Origin: a virus
Taxonomy: Duplodnaviria; Caudoviricetes
Length of the DNA: 64,000 nt
Reading direction: 5' to 3' (one strand)
Virus record (IMG/VR): IMGVR_UViG_2675903060_000003
Location: 33,178 to 97,177 of that record
This document shows, in pieces, positions 9,503 to 18,777 of this stretch. The position numbers and the translations under genes are program-made. The stretch's first letter is position 1. The number at the start of each line of letters is the position of its first letter. The notes beneath the pieces are model-generated. The model was given only the letters and a program-made list of their open reading frames with translations, was not told the DNA's origin and did no database searches.

Positions 9503-10372
9503 TTATGCCGTGAGGGTGCGCCTCACGCCCTCCTCGATCGACACCTGCGGCTCGTAGAAGCCGAGCATGCGGGACGGGTCGCACACCCGGTAGGCGACGC
9601 CTGCGGGGGCGTCGGGACGGTAGGTGAAGGAAGGGCTGTACCCGGCCTCCGCGGTGAACAGCTTCGCCAGGTCCGTCATCGACGTCGCCAGGCCAGTGCC
9701 GAGGTTGACCGGCCCGTCCACGCCGTACTCCCACGCGGCCAAGACGGCGCCCACGATGTCGGACACGTGGATCCAGTCGCGCGTCTGGGTGCCGTCGCCC
9801 CAGATCGTGAACGGGTCTTCCCGGCGGTTGGCGCGACCTTGGAAGGCTCCGAACGGGAACCGCTCGCCCTGGTCCTCGCCGTAGCCGGAGAACGGGCGTA
9901 GCACCGTCACCGTGCCGCCCTGCTGCCGGTAGCTGGCCGCCAGGTGCTCGCCCGTGAGTTTCAGCCAGCCGTAGATGGCGTCCGGCTGCTCCGGCGCGTC
10001 CAAGCTGATGTGGTCCTCGCGGAGGCGGACCGACAGGCCAGGCTGCTGCAGCGACATCGGATAGGCGGCCGACGACGAGAAGTACACCACCCTGCCGGGC
10101 TTGGCCCGCAGCGCCCATTGGAACATGGCGGCATCGAGCTCAAGACAGCCGGCGCCCACGGTCAGCGGTGAGGCGTCGATCGCGGAACGGTGAGGCTCGA
10201 CCGCGGCGCAGTGCGCCACCAGGTCGAAGCGGGCGCCACCATGCCGGAACAGGTTGAGCGCGTCCCGCCCGTCCGTGATGTCGACGCCGGTCACGTCATG
10301 GCCGAGGTCTGACAGGGCGGCCGTGAGGTGGCGGCCGATGAATCCGGCCGAGCCGGTGACGAGCGCTCTCAC
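9503..10372 (-). CDS. NAD-dependent nucleotide-sugar epimerase/dehydratase
   Basis: VTGSAGFIG Rossmann motif, SSSAAY, YGWLK (YxxxK), GDGTQTRDWIHV. Confidence 0.95.
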   Translation of the reverse strand: MRALVTGSAGFIGRHLTAALSDLGHDVTGVDITDGRDALNLFRHGGARFDLVAHCAAVEPHRSAIDASPLTVGAGCLELDAAMFQWALRAKPGRVVYFSSSAAYPMSLQQPGLSVRLREDHISLDAPEQPDAIYGWLKLTGEHLAASYRQQGGTVTVLRPFSGYGEDQGERFPFGAFQGRANRREDPFTIWGDGTQTRDWIHVSDIVGAVLAAWEYGVDGPVNLGTGLATSMTDLAKLFTAEAGYSPSFTYRPDAPAGVAYRVCDPSRMLGFYEPQVSIEEGVRRTLTA

Positions 10373-10375
10373 GGA

Positions 10376-11050
10376 TCACACCCTTAAAGCGTCTGCGGGG
10401 ATACGGAGGGTGCCGTCGCCGTTGAAGCCCTGGCCGACGAACCGGCCTGGCGTGCGCGGTGTCGGGAAGTCGCGTTTGTCGTCGAACCCGTCCGGCTCGA
10501 ACTGGGGGCTCTCGGCGCTGGTGTGGACCATCAGCGACTGTCTCGCCAGCGGGTACACCTGGTGGGCCAGCCAAAGCTGGTCGGCCTGCCACCGTTCCAC
10601 GCCGGCGTGCTTCTCCGGCAGGAGCCGGGCCGCTGCCGCGGCGCCGTCCCGTCTGGCACCCCACATCCCAGCCAGGATCGGCATGCCGTGCTCCGGGTGG
10701 TCCCGCATGGCGTGGAACTGCCTGCCGGACGCCAGCCATTCCTTAACGGCGGCGCGCTCACGCTCGCACGGGCGGGAGTCCGCGTCGCGGAACAGCGTCA
10801 CCTCGTTGCCGTCCCGCAAGGCGTGGAACCGCCAGAACGTCGACCACCAGTCCTCCGAGGCCCCAACCATGCGGACGATCCCGGCGCCCTGCTGGGCGAG
10901 CTCGCCGACGACGTGGGACGGGATGGAGTCACCGACATAGAAGCGGCACACGAAGTCGGGGTAGAGCTCGGCGCACAGGCGGACGTTCTCCACCGCGCCC
11001 ACCCGGTACAGCTCGTCCGGGCCGAACAGGCTGAACGAGATGACCTTCAC
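10376..11050 (-). CDS. Putative glycosyltransferase / glycan-modifying protein
   Basis: MKVISFSLFG...FWRF...RDADSR...MRDHPEH...ILAGMWG...DQLWL; DxD motif. Confidence 0.75.
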   Translation of the reverse strand: MKVISFSLFGPDELYRVGAVENVRLCAELYPDFVCRFYVGDSIPSHVVGELAQQGAGIVRMVGASEDWWSTFWRFHALRDGNEVTLFRDADSRPCERERAAVKEWLASGRQFHAMRDHPEHGMPILAGMWGARRDGAAAAARLLPEKHAGVERWQADQLWLAHQVYPLARQSLMVHTSAESPQFEPDGFDDKRDFPTPRTPGRFVGQGFNGDGTLRIPADALRV

Positions 11051-11730
11051 CCGAGCAGTGCTTTCAGCTTGTCGACGTCGCCGGGCATGCGGTGCTCCAG
11101 CCAGGCGGCGTAGGCGAGCCGGTCAGCCTCGGCGGCGTCCGCGTTGTTGACCTCGCGGTAGCGGTCGTCCTCGGCGGCCTTGCCGTTGAGGTAGTGCTGG
11201 TGCTCCACCACCACCCGCGGCAGGTACCGGATCCGGTCGATCGCCCGGCCGAGGTCGAGCCACACGTTGTCGGCCCACAGGTGCAGGATCCCGTCCGGCA
11301 CCATCCAGCCGAGCGCCATCACGATGTCGGACGTGACCGCGACCTGAGTGGGCAGGCGTTCGCCGGCCAGCAGGTCGTTGCCGTAGACGAAGCCCGTCCC
11401 GAGGTCGCGCAGGGCCGCCAGGTAGTGCTCGTCCCAGCCGCGGGTGCGGGGCCGGTGGTCGTCGCCGAGGAACCCGATCGCGAAGTGGTGGGGGGCGTGC
11501 TCGACGGCGACCTTGTTCAAGGTCGGGCACATGCGCAGCCGCGGACCCACGGTCAGGGCGATGCCGCGGTCGGCGCACACCTGCCGGTAGTCATCGAGAG
11601 TGGGGTCGTCGTCGTCGACAGCAACAAGCAGACCGGTGGGGCCGGTGGTGGCCGCAGTCCAGGCGTCATGCAGGTCGGCGATGTTGTGCGGGCGCCCACG
11701 CGAGGGGACGATCACCAGCAGGTCAGGCAC
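11047..11730 (-). CDS. Glycosyltransferase family 2
   Basis: VIVPSRGRP, VDDDD, FLGDDH, HLWADN, VEHQH. Confidence 0.9.
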   Translation of the reverse strand: MPDLLVIVPSRGRPHNIADLHDAWTAATTGPTGLLVAVDDDDPTLDDYRQVCADRGIALTVGPRLRMCPTLNKVAVEHAPHHFAIGFLGDDHRPRTRGWDEHYLAALRDLGTGFVYGNDLLAGERLPTQVAVTSDIVMALGWMVPDGILHLWADNVWLDLGRAIDRIRYLPRVVVEHQHYLNGKAAEDDRYREVNNADAAEADRLAYAAWLEHRMPGDVDKLKALLG

Positions 11731-11740
11731 GGCACCCCTC

Positions 11741-12043
11741 TCACGTGATGTTGATAGGGCCGCTGCGGATCAACGGCTCTTCCTGGGCGGTGACCGGTTT
11801 GACCCAGATCACGTACTTGCCTTCGTTGAGGGTCCCGATCCCGGTGTCGCCGCCGTACATGGCGCGCACAGTGCCGGTGGCGGTGTGCCATTCGGCCTCA
11901 TGCCATACGTCGCCGTCCCTCTCGGGCTCCACGTCATACGGCATGACCGCCATGTAGACCGGCGTCGTGGGCGTGTACGTGCCCGTCACCACGCCAGAGT
12001 GCATCCACTCCTTAGTGCCAGACGGGTAGCAGGGGATGCTCAC
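11741..12043 (-). CDS. Small beta-rich virion protein (putative)
   Basis: EWMHSGVV...WHEAEW...GKYVIWVKPV...EEPLIRSGPINIT; follows the fibre gene. Confidence 0.7.
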   Translation of the reverse strand: MSIPCYPSGTKEWMHSGVVTGTYTPTTPVYMAVMPYDVEPERDGDVWHEAEWHTATGTVRAMYGGDTGIGTLNEGKYVIWVKPVTAQEEPLIRSGPINIT

Positions 12044-12059
12044 GAGGACCACCCCCTGC

Positions 12060-15000
12060 TCAGCGTCGTATCGGCGCGGTCGCGGACCACCTGCGGGGGA
12101 CTGGATCGCTCGTGCGCCAACCTCTGGCTGGCGCGGTAGCGGACCATTGCCGGTGCGTCGGCGGGCCGATCGTGATGTCGATCTCCTGCGGGAGGTCTCC
12201 CGTCGACACGGACGGCGTCGGAATCGACGCGACCGCGGCCACCGCGGGCGGTCTTGCTGTGGTGGACAGCAGCGCCGCGGGGATCGTGGCGTACGCCTGG
12301 ACCGCTGCCGGAGTAGCAGCGACCAGGATCGTGGTGGTGGGTGTAGGTACCGCGGCAGTAGCCAGGACGATCGCGGGTTGAGCGGTGATGCTCGTCCCGG
12401 TGGACGGTCCCGGGATAGCCGCGGCGGCGTTGACCGTCTGAGGGGTGGCGGTGGCATTGCCGCCGGCCTCGACAGTCGGCGCCGGGATGTTCGCGTCCGC
12501 CTGGACGGTGTCCGGGGTGGCGGTCGCTCCGGTCGCTGCGGTCGGGCCGGGGATCGCCGTGGACGCCCCTACGACCTCCGGAGAGGCCGTAGAAGAGGCG
12601 GACACCTCAGGAACGCCTACGGACGCCTCAGAGGCGACTACAGGCGCGCTCGCGGTGGTCCCAGCCGAGACGTCCGGCTCCGGGATGGAGGCGGACGCCG
12701 CGACAGCGCCGGGTGTCGCGGTCGCCCCCGCCGAGGCGGTGGGTGCCGGGATCGTGGCGGTAGCGGGGACTGTCGTGGGCGAGGCTGTGGCGTCCGAGAC
12801 CAGAAGGCCGCCGACGTTGTCCCAGACGACGGTGGTGTCCGCGCCGACCGCCTGCCAGGCCCCGGCCTGGAGGATCAGCCGCGTCGAGGTGACCGTGATC
12901 GGGGTCGCCTCGGAGTGCAGCTCCGCCCAGGAGGAGCCGTCCGGGGACGCCTCCCAGTAGGTGGTGCCCGCGTCCTCCCGGATGCGGAGCCAGCGGTGAT
13001 CTGCCGGGCTGTAGGAGTGGAAGGCGAGGCTGGACTGGCTGCCGGAGACGACCTTGTAGATGCCGACGAATCCGCCCGCGATGACGAAGAACAGCCGGTT
13101 GATGGCGTCGGCCTCGACGATCGCGTAGACCTCAAGGCCGGTGGCCTGCGAACCGGCGTCGACCAGCTCGACCGCGAAGGCGCTGCCGGTCAGGTCGTAG
13201 GTGCCGGCGCTGGCGATCTGGCTGAACGCGACCGCCGAGCCGCTGATCTCGAACTGGTAGACGTCGTTCTGGCTGCCGGTGACGCCCGCGTTGTTGGTCG
13301 CTGTCCACAGGGCCGTGTCCAGCGTCGTCCCAGTGAAGGTGTCGCGGAGCTCGGATGCCGGAACGATACCGCCCGACACGTCAGGGGCCGGGACCGACGC
13401 GGACGCCTGGACGGTGTCCGGTGATGCCGTGGCGCCCGCCGATGTGGCAGGCTCCGGGATGTCGGCCGTCGATTCCACGGCCGCTGGGGCAGCCGACGAG
13501 CCGGCGCCTGCTTGCGGTGTCGGGATGGTGGTGGTCGCCGAGACCACGCCAGGGCTCGCAGTCGCCCCGGCGGTCGAAGTAGGCGCTGGAACGCTGGCAG
13601 TGGCCTCGACGACGTCTGTGGTGGCCGTGGAGCTCGCGGAGACGTCGGGCGTGTCCACGGAGCTGGTGGCCGTGACCGGTGCAGGAGTAGCCGCTGTGAC
13701 GGCGCCGACCGCCGGGGCGGGCACCGACGACGTCGCCTGTACGACGGACGGGGCCGCGGTGGCGCCGGCACCCGCAGTCGGGGCCGGGACGGTCGTGGAG
13801 GCGGTGACGATGCTCGGGGAGGCGACGACCTCGGCCAGCACCGAAGCCTCAGGGACGGACGCGGTCGCCTGCACCACGGAGGGTGAGGCGGTGACGCCCG
13901 CCGTGACAGACGGGGCCGGCACCGACGACTGTGCCTGGACGACCGCGGGCGAGACGGTAGAGCTGGTGCTCGCGGACGGCGCCGGCACTGCGGCCGAGGC
14001 CGGAACGATCGCAGGTGAGGCGGTGGAGCCGGTCGTGACCGTGACCGACGGCACCGAGACCGACGCGGTGGCCACCGTCGGCGAGGCGGTGGAGCCCGCT
14101 GACGTGGTGGGTGCCGGGACGGTCGCTGTTGCGGGGGCGACGCCCGGCGTGAGAGTCGACCCGGTGGAGATCGTCGCCGACGGCACCGACGTGGTGGCTG
14201 CGACGACGCCAGGAGCAGCCGTAGCACCCGCCCCGGCCGTAGGAGCGGGGACGCTGGCTGATGCCGACACCACGCCCGGAGAGACGGTCGAGCCCGCGCC
14301 GGTACTGGGAGCGGGAACCGATGCCGTGCCCGCCACCACTGACGGGGTGGCGGTGGCGTCCTGGCTAGACGGGGTGGCACCCGCGATGCCGATCGTGTGA
14401 CCGGCAGCGAAGACGAGCGACGCCGAGGGGGTGAAGTTCGCGGTGCTCGTCGGCGTCGAGCTGGACAGGGTGCGGGTGGCGAGCGTGGAGGTGACGTAGG
14501 TGGTGGACTGCAGGTCCGCCTGCTCGCTGAGCCCGCCGGGGGCGGTCCAGGAGACAGAACCGGGAGCAGTCGGGACACCCGTCGCGAACCGCAACTCCAC
14601 GCTGTTGGCGGCGGGAGGGGTGATGCCGGGCGTACCGATCGACGTGCCCGAGCCGGACGTCTCCTGCACCGTCGGCGTGGAAGTGGACGCGCCCGAGTAG
14701 GCGGCGATGATCACCGTGCCGTCAGCCGAGGCGTCCTGGGAGAAGTCCCACGACGTGGGCTCGCTGCCTCCTGCGATCTTCCAGTAGATGACGACCTGTA
14801 GGGCGTTCTCGCCCGCCGTGTACGTACGCAAGACCTGCCAGGTGGCACCGCCTGTGGGGGTGCCCATGTCGTCGAGGGTGCCGACGTCAGCCGAGTGGTG
14901 GGCGACCAGCAGGTCGCCGGAGACGACACCCGTCGGCTTGGTGGCGGTGAGCGGCGTCGTCCTCCCCGCGACGGACGTCACAGTGCCGCGCAGGACAGGC

Positions 15001-15785
15001 GGTGAGGCCGGAGCGGAGCCGTCCGACACGCTCGGAGCCGGAATCGACGCCGACCCGGTGACGACGCTCGGGGTGGCCGTGGCCGACGCCGGAGCCGACA
15101 CCGACGGGGCAGGAACCGACGACGTCGCGGCCACCACCGAAGGGGTGGCGGTCGCGTCCGTGCCGCCCCCGGACGGCAGGAAGACCGTGAACCCCAACCT
15201 GGACACGATCGCGCCGGACGCCAGATGGTTCTGGGCGCCCGTCGCTGCATTCGAACTAAGGATCTTGTACGCGGCCTCGGCATGCGTGAGCCACCCATGG
15301 TTCAGGTCCGCGCCAGCAGGCTCGGTGTACGTCGAAGGCGGGGCGAATGTCCGCGCGTTACCGTCGCCGTCCGCGCCAGCGAACCTGATCTCGATACCGC
15401 TGCTGCTGGATGGGGTGACGGTGGGCGTCTGGACGTTGTTGCCCGTCCCGGCGCTCACGCTCCCGTACACGCCGGGAAGGGCAGCCCCGGACACACAGAT
15501 CAGGATCGCAACCGACGACGCCCCGGCATGCGCGACCGAGTACGTGGTCGGCTCCGACCCAGTCGCGGTTTTCACGAACGTCCGGCCACGCGTGTACGTC
15601 TGGCCGCTGTTCATGCTGGACGCGAGCGTCCACCCTGACGGGGTTGTGATGTCGGTGGCGTTGCCGCTGTCAGTGAAAACCGCCAGAACCAGCACATCGC
15701 CCGAGACCACGTCCGAGGGGCGGGCGATCGTGTAGCCGCCGTTCGCGTTGCTCGCCGTGCTGTGGGAGCGGTACGCAGCAACCAC
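12060..15785 (-). CDS. 1241-aa fibre / adhesin-like virion protein with mucin-like ~25-aa Ala/Ser/Thr/Pro/Val repeats
   Basis: Two related N-terminal beta domains (PSDVVSGDVLVLAV / PTGVVSGDLLVAHH), >20 repeats like ATPSVVxATxSVPAPxxxAGxT, one lectin-like beta domain (LRDTF...WLRIRE...WEASPDG). Confidence 0.85.
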   Translation of the reverse strand: MVAAYRSHSTASNANGGYTIARPSDVVSGDVLVLAVFTDSGNATDITTPSGWTLASSMNSGQTYTRGRTFVKTATGSEPTTYSVAHAGASSVAILICVSGAALPGVYGSVSAGTGNNVQTPTVTPSSSSGIEIRFAGADGDGNARTFAPPSTYTEPAGADLNHGWLTHAEAAYKILSSNAATGAQNHLASGAIVSRLGFTVFLPSGGGTDATATPSVVAATSSVPAPSVSAPASATATPSVVTGSASIPAPSVSDGSAPASPPVLRGTVTSVAGRTTPLTATKPTGVVSGDLLVAHHSADVGTLDDMGTPTGGATWQVLRTYTAGENALQVVIYWKIAGGSEPTSWDFSQDASADGTVIIAAYSGASTSTPTVQETSGSGTSIGTPGITPPAANSVELRFATGVPTAPGSVSWTAPGGLSEQADLQSTTYVTSTLATRTLSSSTPTSTANFTPSASLVFAAGHTIGIAGATPSSQDATATPSVVAGTASVPAPSTGAGSTVSPGVVSASASVPAPTAGAGATAAPGVVAATTSVPSATISTGSTLTPGVAPATATVPAPTTSAGSTASPTVATASVSVPSVTVTTGSTASPAIVPASAAVPAPSASTSSTVSPAVVQAQSSVPAPSVTAGVTASPSVVQATASVPEASVLAEVVASPSIVTASTTVPAPTAGAGATAAPSVVQATSSVPAPAVGAVTAATPAPVTATSSVDTPDVSASSTATTDVVEATASVPAPTSTAGATASPGVVSATTTIPTPQAGAGSSAAPAAVESTADIPEPATSAGATASPDTVQASASVPAPDVSGGIVPASELRDTFTGTTLDTALWTATNNAGVTGSQNDVYQFEISGSAVAFSQIASAGTYDLTGSAFAVELVDAGSQATGLEVYAIVEADAINRLFFVIAGGFVGIYKVVSGSQSSLAFHSYSPADHRWLRIREDAGTTYWEASPDGSSWAELHSEATPITVTSTRLILQAGAWQAVGADTTVVWDNVGGLLVSDATASPTTVPATATIPAPTASAGATATPGAVAASASIPEPDVSAGTTASAPVVASEASVGVPEVSASSTASPEVVGASTAIPGPTAATGATATPDTVQADANIPAPTVEAGGNATATPQTVNAAAAIPGPSTGTSITAQPAIVLATAAVPTPTTTILVAATPAAVQAYATIPAALLSTTARPPAVAAVASIPTPSVSTGDLPQEIDITIGPPTHRQWSATAPARGWRTSDPVPRRWSATAPIRR

Positions 15786-15847
15786 ACCGACCCCCGGACA
15801 TGCGAAAGCCGCCCGGAGGCGGCGACGTCAGGCGGCGTTTGCGCTGG

Positions 15848-16300
15848 TCAGGCGGCCAAGGTCAGGGCGAAGATCCCGCTCGCGGACCAGGAAATTACGA
15901 GGCTCCCGTTGGACGTGGAGTAGTCGCTTCCCAGGTTGACCAACACTATGGCGTTGTTGCCCGCCAGAGCGTCCGCGTAGATGAGCGCGCCCTTCGCCCC
16001 CGTGATGGTCGAAGACGACCAGGTCACATCGGAGGCGTCGAACGTCGCCACGCCACCCGACCCGGTGAACGTCGTACCCGTCAGCAGCGCGCCGCCGGAC
16101 GTGTACCCGGTGCCGGACACCTCGTTGGCGTTGTACGGGGAGACGCCATAGGCGGTGTCCGTGGTGAAGTTCGGCGTGGTGAGACTGTTCGTGAAGAGGG
16201 CGACCTTGTGCGTTTCCAGGTCGAGGTCGAGGGCGAGTTGAGTGGTATCCAGCACGTCAACGAACGTGCTGACGTACAGGCCCGATGCGGAGATGGCCAC
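15848..16300 (-). CDS. Conserved phage structural protein (150 aa), probable partner or anchor of the fibre
   Basis: KVALFT...NEVSGTGYTSGG...FDASDVTW...ITGAKGALIY. Confidence 0.85.
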   Translation of the reverse strand: MAISASGLYVSTFVDVLDTTQLALDLDLETHKVALFTNSLTTPNFTTDTAYGVSPYNANEVSGTGYTSGGALLTGTTFTGSGGVATFDASDVTWSSSTITGAKGALIYADALAGNNAIVLVNLGSDYSTSNGSLVISWSASGIFALTLAA

Positions 16301-16302
16301 GG

Positions 16303-16596
16303 TTACGCCCCCTCAACCTTCGAAGTGACGTCCGCCTTCACGGTGTCGGACGGGGACGGGTCGGGGCTGCCGGGCTCCACGTAGGCGTCGCCGCCCACCG
16401 ACACGCCGTCGGAGCGGGTGTTCTGCCGGTGCTCGCGCAGCGCCTCAGCGGCGGCCTGCTTGCGGTCCTTCGCCTCGTCGGAGGAGTCGGCAGCGTAGGC
16501 GTCCTTCGCTGCCTGGAGTTCGTCGAGAAGCCGCTTCTCGACCTCGGTGGCTTCGATCTGGCTGCGGAGTGAGGCCAGCCGGTCGTCAACCGACAT
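16303..16596 (-). CDS. Hypothetical coiled-coil protein
   Basis: AGGAGG RBS; helical composition. Confidence 0.75.
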   Translation of the reverse strand: MSVDDRLASLRSQIEATEVEKRLLDELQAAKDAYAADSSDEAKDRKQAAAEALREHRQNTRSDGVSVGGDAYVEPGSPDPSPSDTVKADVTSKVEGA

Positions 16597-16876
16597 CGCC
16601 CACCTCCTTCTTCTGTGGTGAGCGTTGGATGACGGCGTGCACGGTTTCGGGGCTTTTGATGTGGACGGACTGCTGGTCGCGGCCGTGCTGGACGACCCGG
16701 TTGCCGAGTTGGTCGGTGACGTCCTTCACCCGGCGTCCGTCCTTGCCGACGTACTCGCGGGCCTGGTCGTGGGTGGCGTGCGTCCATCCGCCGGCGCGGA
16801 CCTGGAGACCCTTGGAGCGCAGCCACGCCCCGTAGGAGCCGTGGCGGTCGGGGTCGTACTCCTCCCGCATCACCAC
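16586..16876 (-). CDS. Hypothetical protein
   Basis: ORF overlapping the next gene. Confidence 0.7.
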   Translation of the reverse strand: MVMREEYDPDRHGSYGAWLRSKGLQVRAGGWTHATHDQAREYVGKDGRRVKDVTDQLGNRVVQHGRDQQSVHIKSPETVHAVIQRSPQKKEVGDVG

Positions 16877-16927
16877 CCCCTGACGTGCGAGAAGCCCGCA
16901 CGATGGCGGGCTCAGGTGGTCGGACGG

Positions 16928-17200
16928 TCAGGTGATGCGGTGGTCGAGCTGGAACCCGTCAGCGGCGAGCAGAGCCTTGACGTCAGCCATCGGCAGCGCG
17001 TCGAGCCGCGTCCAGCACGGGCACAGGCTGGCGGCGGAGCACATCTCACCGCAGTCTCCGCAGCGCCAAGGCGGGCAGTCGCCGCAGCGCCCGGACGGGA
17101 ACAGGTCTGTCGGGTCCCCGGTCGGTTCCGGCTTGGTCGCGCCACAGCCCTTACAGGCGAGGATCGGGGCCACGTCACCCCCCGCACGCGGGAAGCCCAC
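16928..17200 (-). CDS. Cys-rich (zinc-binding) hypothetical protein; true start probably near 17173
   Basis: Several CxxC pairs. Confidence 0.6.
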   Translation of the reverse strand: MGFPRAGGDVAPILACKGCGATKPEPTGDPTDLFPSGRCGDCPPWRCGDCGEMCSAASLCPCWTRLDALPMADVKALLAADGFQLDHRIT

Positions 17201-17233
17201 ACAAAGGCGGGCACAGGTCGGCGGGCGGGCGGG

Positions 17234-17416
17234 TCAGTGGCGGCGGAACGGGTCCAACACAGCCATCACGAGCAGGTAGGCGACGAGGACGACGGGCAGG
17301 AACGCCTTCCACCCGTACGCCGCACAGAAGGCGACCGCGAAGATGGGCGGGAACACGATCAACGCTGAGGTGATCCAGCTACGCATGCTCGTACCGCTGG
17401 TGGAGTCATCGGGCAT
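17234..17416 (-). CDS. Small two-TM membrane protein
   Basis: Two hydrophobic helices; overlaps the upstream stop. Confidence 0.7.
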   Translation of the reverse strand: MPDDSTSGTSMRSWITSALIVFPPIFAVAFCAAYGWKAFLPVVLVAYLLVMAVLDPFRRH

Positions 17417-17963
17417 CGGCTTCCTCCGGGGTGAGGAGCCGGGCGGGCTCGACCTTCTCCGCCTCGTCGGCCAGCTCGATCAATCGGGCGGCGATCCTGC
17501 GTGCTTTCGCCGGGGTGTAGTCCCACTCGTGGAGTCTGCCGCAGCAGCCGCACCTGCCCGGCATGAGGACCGCGCCCCGGTAGCGGTCGGGCCACTCCCC
17601 TTCGCGGAGGTGGGCGTCCCAGTCGTCGTCAAGGGTGAGCTCTTCGCCCTCGTCGCTTCGTGGCGTGACGGCTTGGTTCAGCAGCTTCTCCGCGTCGCCT
17701 GCCTGCGGCGGGCGGGAGACGAGCCTCGCGTAGGCGAACTCCGCGTCGCCGCCATAGGCAGAGCAGCGGTGGTGCCAGTCCACGACCTCGTAGACGACGT
17801 TGCCGAGCACCGTGATCCGGTCGCCCTCGACCTTCGCAACGTCCAGCCCGGCCGCGTTCAGCCAGTCGCGAGGGAAGGCCGTGTAGGGGGCGGCGTAGGT
17901 GACCGTGGGCAGCCCGTACTCAGGCCACTCGATCGTCACGCCGTCGTGGTTGCAGAACTCCAC
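17406..17963 (-). CDS. Hypothetical protein
   Basis: Protein-like C-terminal part of the 270-aa ORF; GGAG RBS before the GTG. Confidence 0.65.
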   Translation of the reverse strand: MEFCNHDGVTIEWPEYGLPTVTYAAPYTAFPRDWLNAAGLDVAKVEGDRITVLGNVVYEVVDWHHRCSAYGGDAEFAYARLVSRPPQAGDAEKLLNQAVTPRSDEGEELTLDDDWDAHLREGEWPDRYRGAVLMPGRCGCCGRLHEWDYTPAKARRIAARLIELADEAEKVEPARLLTPEEADAR

Positions 17964-18040
17964 GCGATCTCCAGTGGGGTTGAGGGGTTGGTGCGCGCGA
18001 GGCCCCGCACTATGAAGGGCCTGCAAGGTTGAGCGGGCAG

Positions 18041-18283
18041 CTACGAGCCGGAACGGATGCGTGGCACGCGGCGGTAGTCCTCGCCCTCGACGGGCTCCAC
18101 CTCGTGGGCCTGGAACCAGGACGTGTACGGCTTCTCTAGGTGGGCGCGGTAACCGCCAGGGACGTCCATGACGTACTGGACTTGCGCTTCCCAGGACCGG
18201 TCCGACTTCTGCCTCCACGCGATCAGATACCCCGCTTTCGCGGGATGACCTGGAAGTTTCACCACCGGAGGCTCGCCTTGCAT
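18041..18283 (-). CDS. Small protein (80 aa), leaderless, under a LexA-like box
   Basis: TAGGGT -10 box 6 nt before the ATG; SOS-like palindrome just upstream. Confidence 0.75.
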   Translation of the reverse strand: MQGEPPVVKLPGHPAKAGYLIAWRQKSDRSWEAQVQYVMDVPGGYRAHLEKPYTSWFQAHEVEPVEGEDYRRVPRIRSGS

Positions 18284-18304
18284 GAGGCGACCCTACCCGG
18301 CAGG

Positions 18305-18320
18305 TCGAACTCCTATTCGA
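18305..18320. promoter_or_regulatory. LexA (SOS)-like box TCGAACTCCTATTCGA
   Basis: One mismatch to the actinobacterial consensus TCGAAC-N4-GTTCGA; overlaps the -35 region of the 18283 promoter. Confidence 0.7.
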
Positions 18321-18425
18321 GCCAGATGATCCCGCCCGAGCAGGACACGACCACGTTGTCCGGGAGGTCCAGCCAGATCACGTTCGACGGCGAGACGACA
18401 GTCTCAGACAAGGCAACCTCCAAGG

Positions 18426-18716
18426 TCAGAAGTCATGGGCGCAGCACGGGCAGAACTCCACCTGCCGTACGTCCGTCACAGGCACGAGAGCAGGCGTCCC
18501 GTAGTCGGTACCGTCCGGCCCGTCCAATTCGGCTTCGGCCATTCGCCGGCGCTCGGAGTTGTAGGCGGCGAGGAGATCGGAGGGCGTCGCGAAAGCGTGG
18601 CCGCACTCCAGGCACACCTTGAACACGCCCTCGCGGGGCTCGTCAACGTCGTGCGCGCCGCAGTGCGTCTGCTCGCAGGAGGAGGACGGGGCGTGGACGG
18701 CGAGGTTCACGACCAC
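18426..18716 (-). CDS. Zinc-ribbon hypothetical protein
   Basis: CLECGH and CPCCAHDF; GGAGG RBS. Confidence 0.7.
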   Translation of the reverse strand: MVVNLAVHAPSSSCEQTHCGAHDVDEPREGVFKVCLECGHAFATPSDLLAAYNSERRRMAEAELDGPDGTDYGTPALVPVTDVRQVEFCPCCAHDF

Positions 18717-18777
18717 CTCCGAGCGAGAGTTGATCCGGGCGGGCGGCGGCGTGCAGACAGACCACCCGCCCGGAGGT

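Noticed and set aside
12112-15735. Long + strand ORFs over the fibre gene, and similar long antisense ORFs over portal, terminase, primase and integrase
   Set aside because: Shadow frames caused by high-GC codon bias of the real minus-strand genes
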